From the NCBI GenBank assembly GCA_002269645.1, contig NIVC01001733.1, positions 62,001 to 126,000 on the forward strand: a stretch of DNA of 64,000 bases. Direction: 5' to 3'. A program made the translations under genes and the position numbers. The notes under the pieces were generated by a model. It was not told the DNA's origin and did no database searches. It saw only the letters and a list, made by a program, of their open reading frames with translations. The stretch is from Macrostomum lignano. Lineage: Eukaryota. Positions 63,156-64,000 of the stretch are shown in pieces; position 1 is the first letter of the stretch; every line of letters begins with the position of its first letter.

Positions 63156-64000
63156 CTGATCAATTCTCCCTAACAGTCACAAGAATTATACCAAGAATAT
63201 TATACCAGCTTTGATCTCAGATATATTTTCCACGAGCCTTGACATCCTAGCTTTCCTCAAAGAATCTTTTATGTTCGAGATGACGCTTCTTTAATTTTTT
63301 AAATTATGCTTCTTTTATATATACTTTCTGACATAATGCTTCTTTTAAGTGTAACATGACGCTTTTATTATGTTTGACATGACGCTTCGCTTATGTTTTA
63401 CATGGTGCCTCTATTATGTTCGACTTGATGCTTCAAGTGAGCAAGTGAGTGAATTTCTCTTAGAAAAAGGAAGTAAATTTTCGAAAAACATGCTTTTTGC
63501 AAAGGTTAAGCTGGCTTTTCAATGAAAAAATTGTAGAAAAAATGACTGACTGAACTCTGACTCTGCATCACAACAGGCTTTTATATATTTATCGTCATAC
63601 TGGCTGAAGTGTGAGTTCCAGTTGAATTCGTCACAGTGTGAAATCTGCATCTCAGCTTTGGCTTGATTTAGATTGCGAAACCATATTGCTAGCCTTAATG
63701 GAGACTGATACTGACCGACTGAGAAATAAATTAGGTCATAACCTAAGTCGAATTGAAGTTTTTACTAGGTGTAAAGGTTTTTTATTAGAATTAAATTTTA
63801 GGAATGCTACTTCGCTTAAGAAATGCAAAAAAACAAGAATATAATTGCAAACATTGGCATTCCTTACAATGGATATTGTTGACGAATACTATGACGAAAA
63901 ATATTTTATTTTATTCACAACATGTTTCGCTGTAACTTTCAGCATCGTCAGGTGACAATATTTTGTAATAATTCGAAGGTAATAAAATGAAAGTACAGGC

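Overview
Eukaryotic (animal) genomic DNA. It has GT-AG introns, GC3-rich exons, very dense mini- and microsatellites and many TE remnants. This style is consistent with a flatworm such as Macrostomum, but that is an inference from composition and gene style, not verified. Host-type genes: a multi-exon epsin (22265-27752, +, with one apparent 1-nt frameshift), a GAPR-1/GLIPR2-type CAP-domain gene (31253-34907, -), a two-exon neuropeptide precursor encoding 15 amidated xxQRWS(S/N)GF peptides (47847-48639, +) and a convergent rhodopsin-family peptide GPCR (50987-52339, -). Two coding units are missed or fragmented by the ORF track: an open FLYWCH-like + MULE transposase exon (<1-1355, -) and a five-exon 211-aa orphan gene (7152-8501, +), which faces a probable KDZ-type transposase C-terminus (11228-12200, -). 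Other mobile DNA: an internally deleted long-TIR mariner, two copies of a tRNA-derived SINE, a 5'-truncated tyrosine-recombinase (DIRS/Ngaro-type) retroelement, LINE 3' fragments, and a Tc1-like remnant carrying a 24-bp palindromic insertion with an 8-bp target-site duplication. Several sharply bounded blocks are almost free of CpG and rich in TpA/CTA/TAG, resembling RIP-like C-to-T hypermutation. All translations, counts and splice calls were done by eye; no database searches were run.
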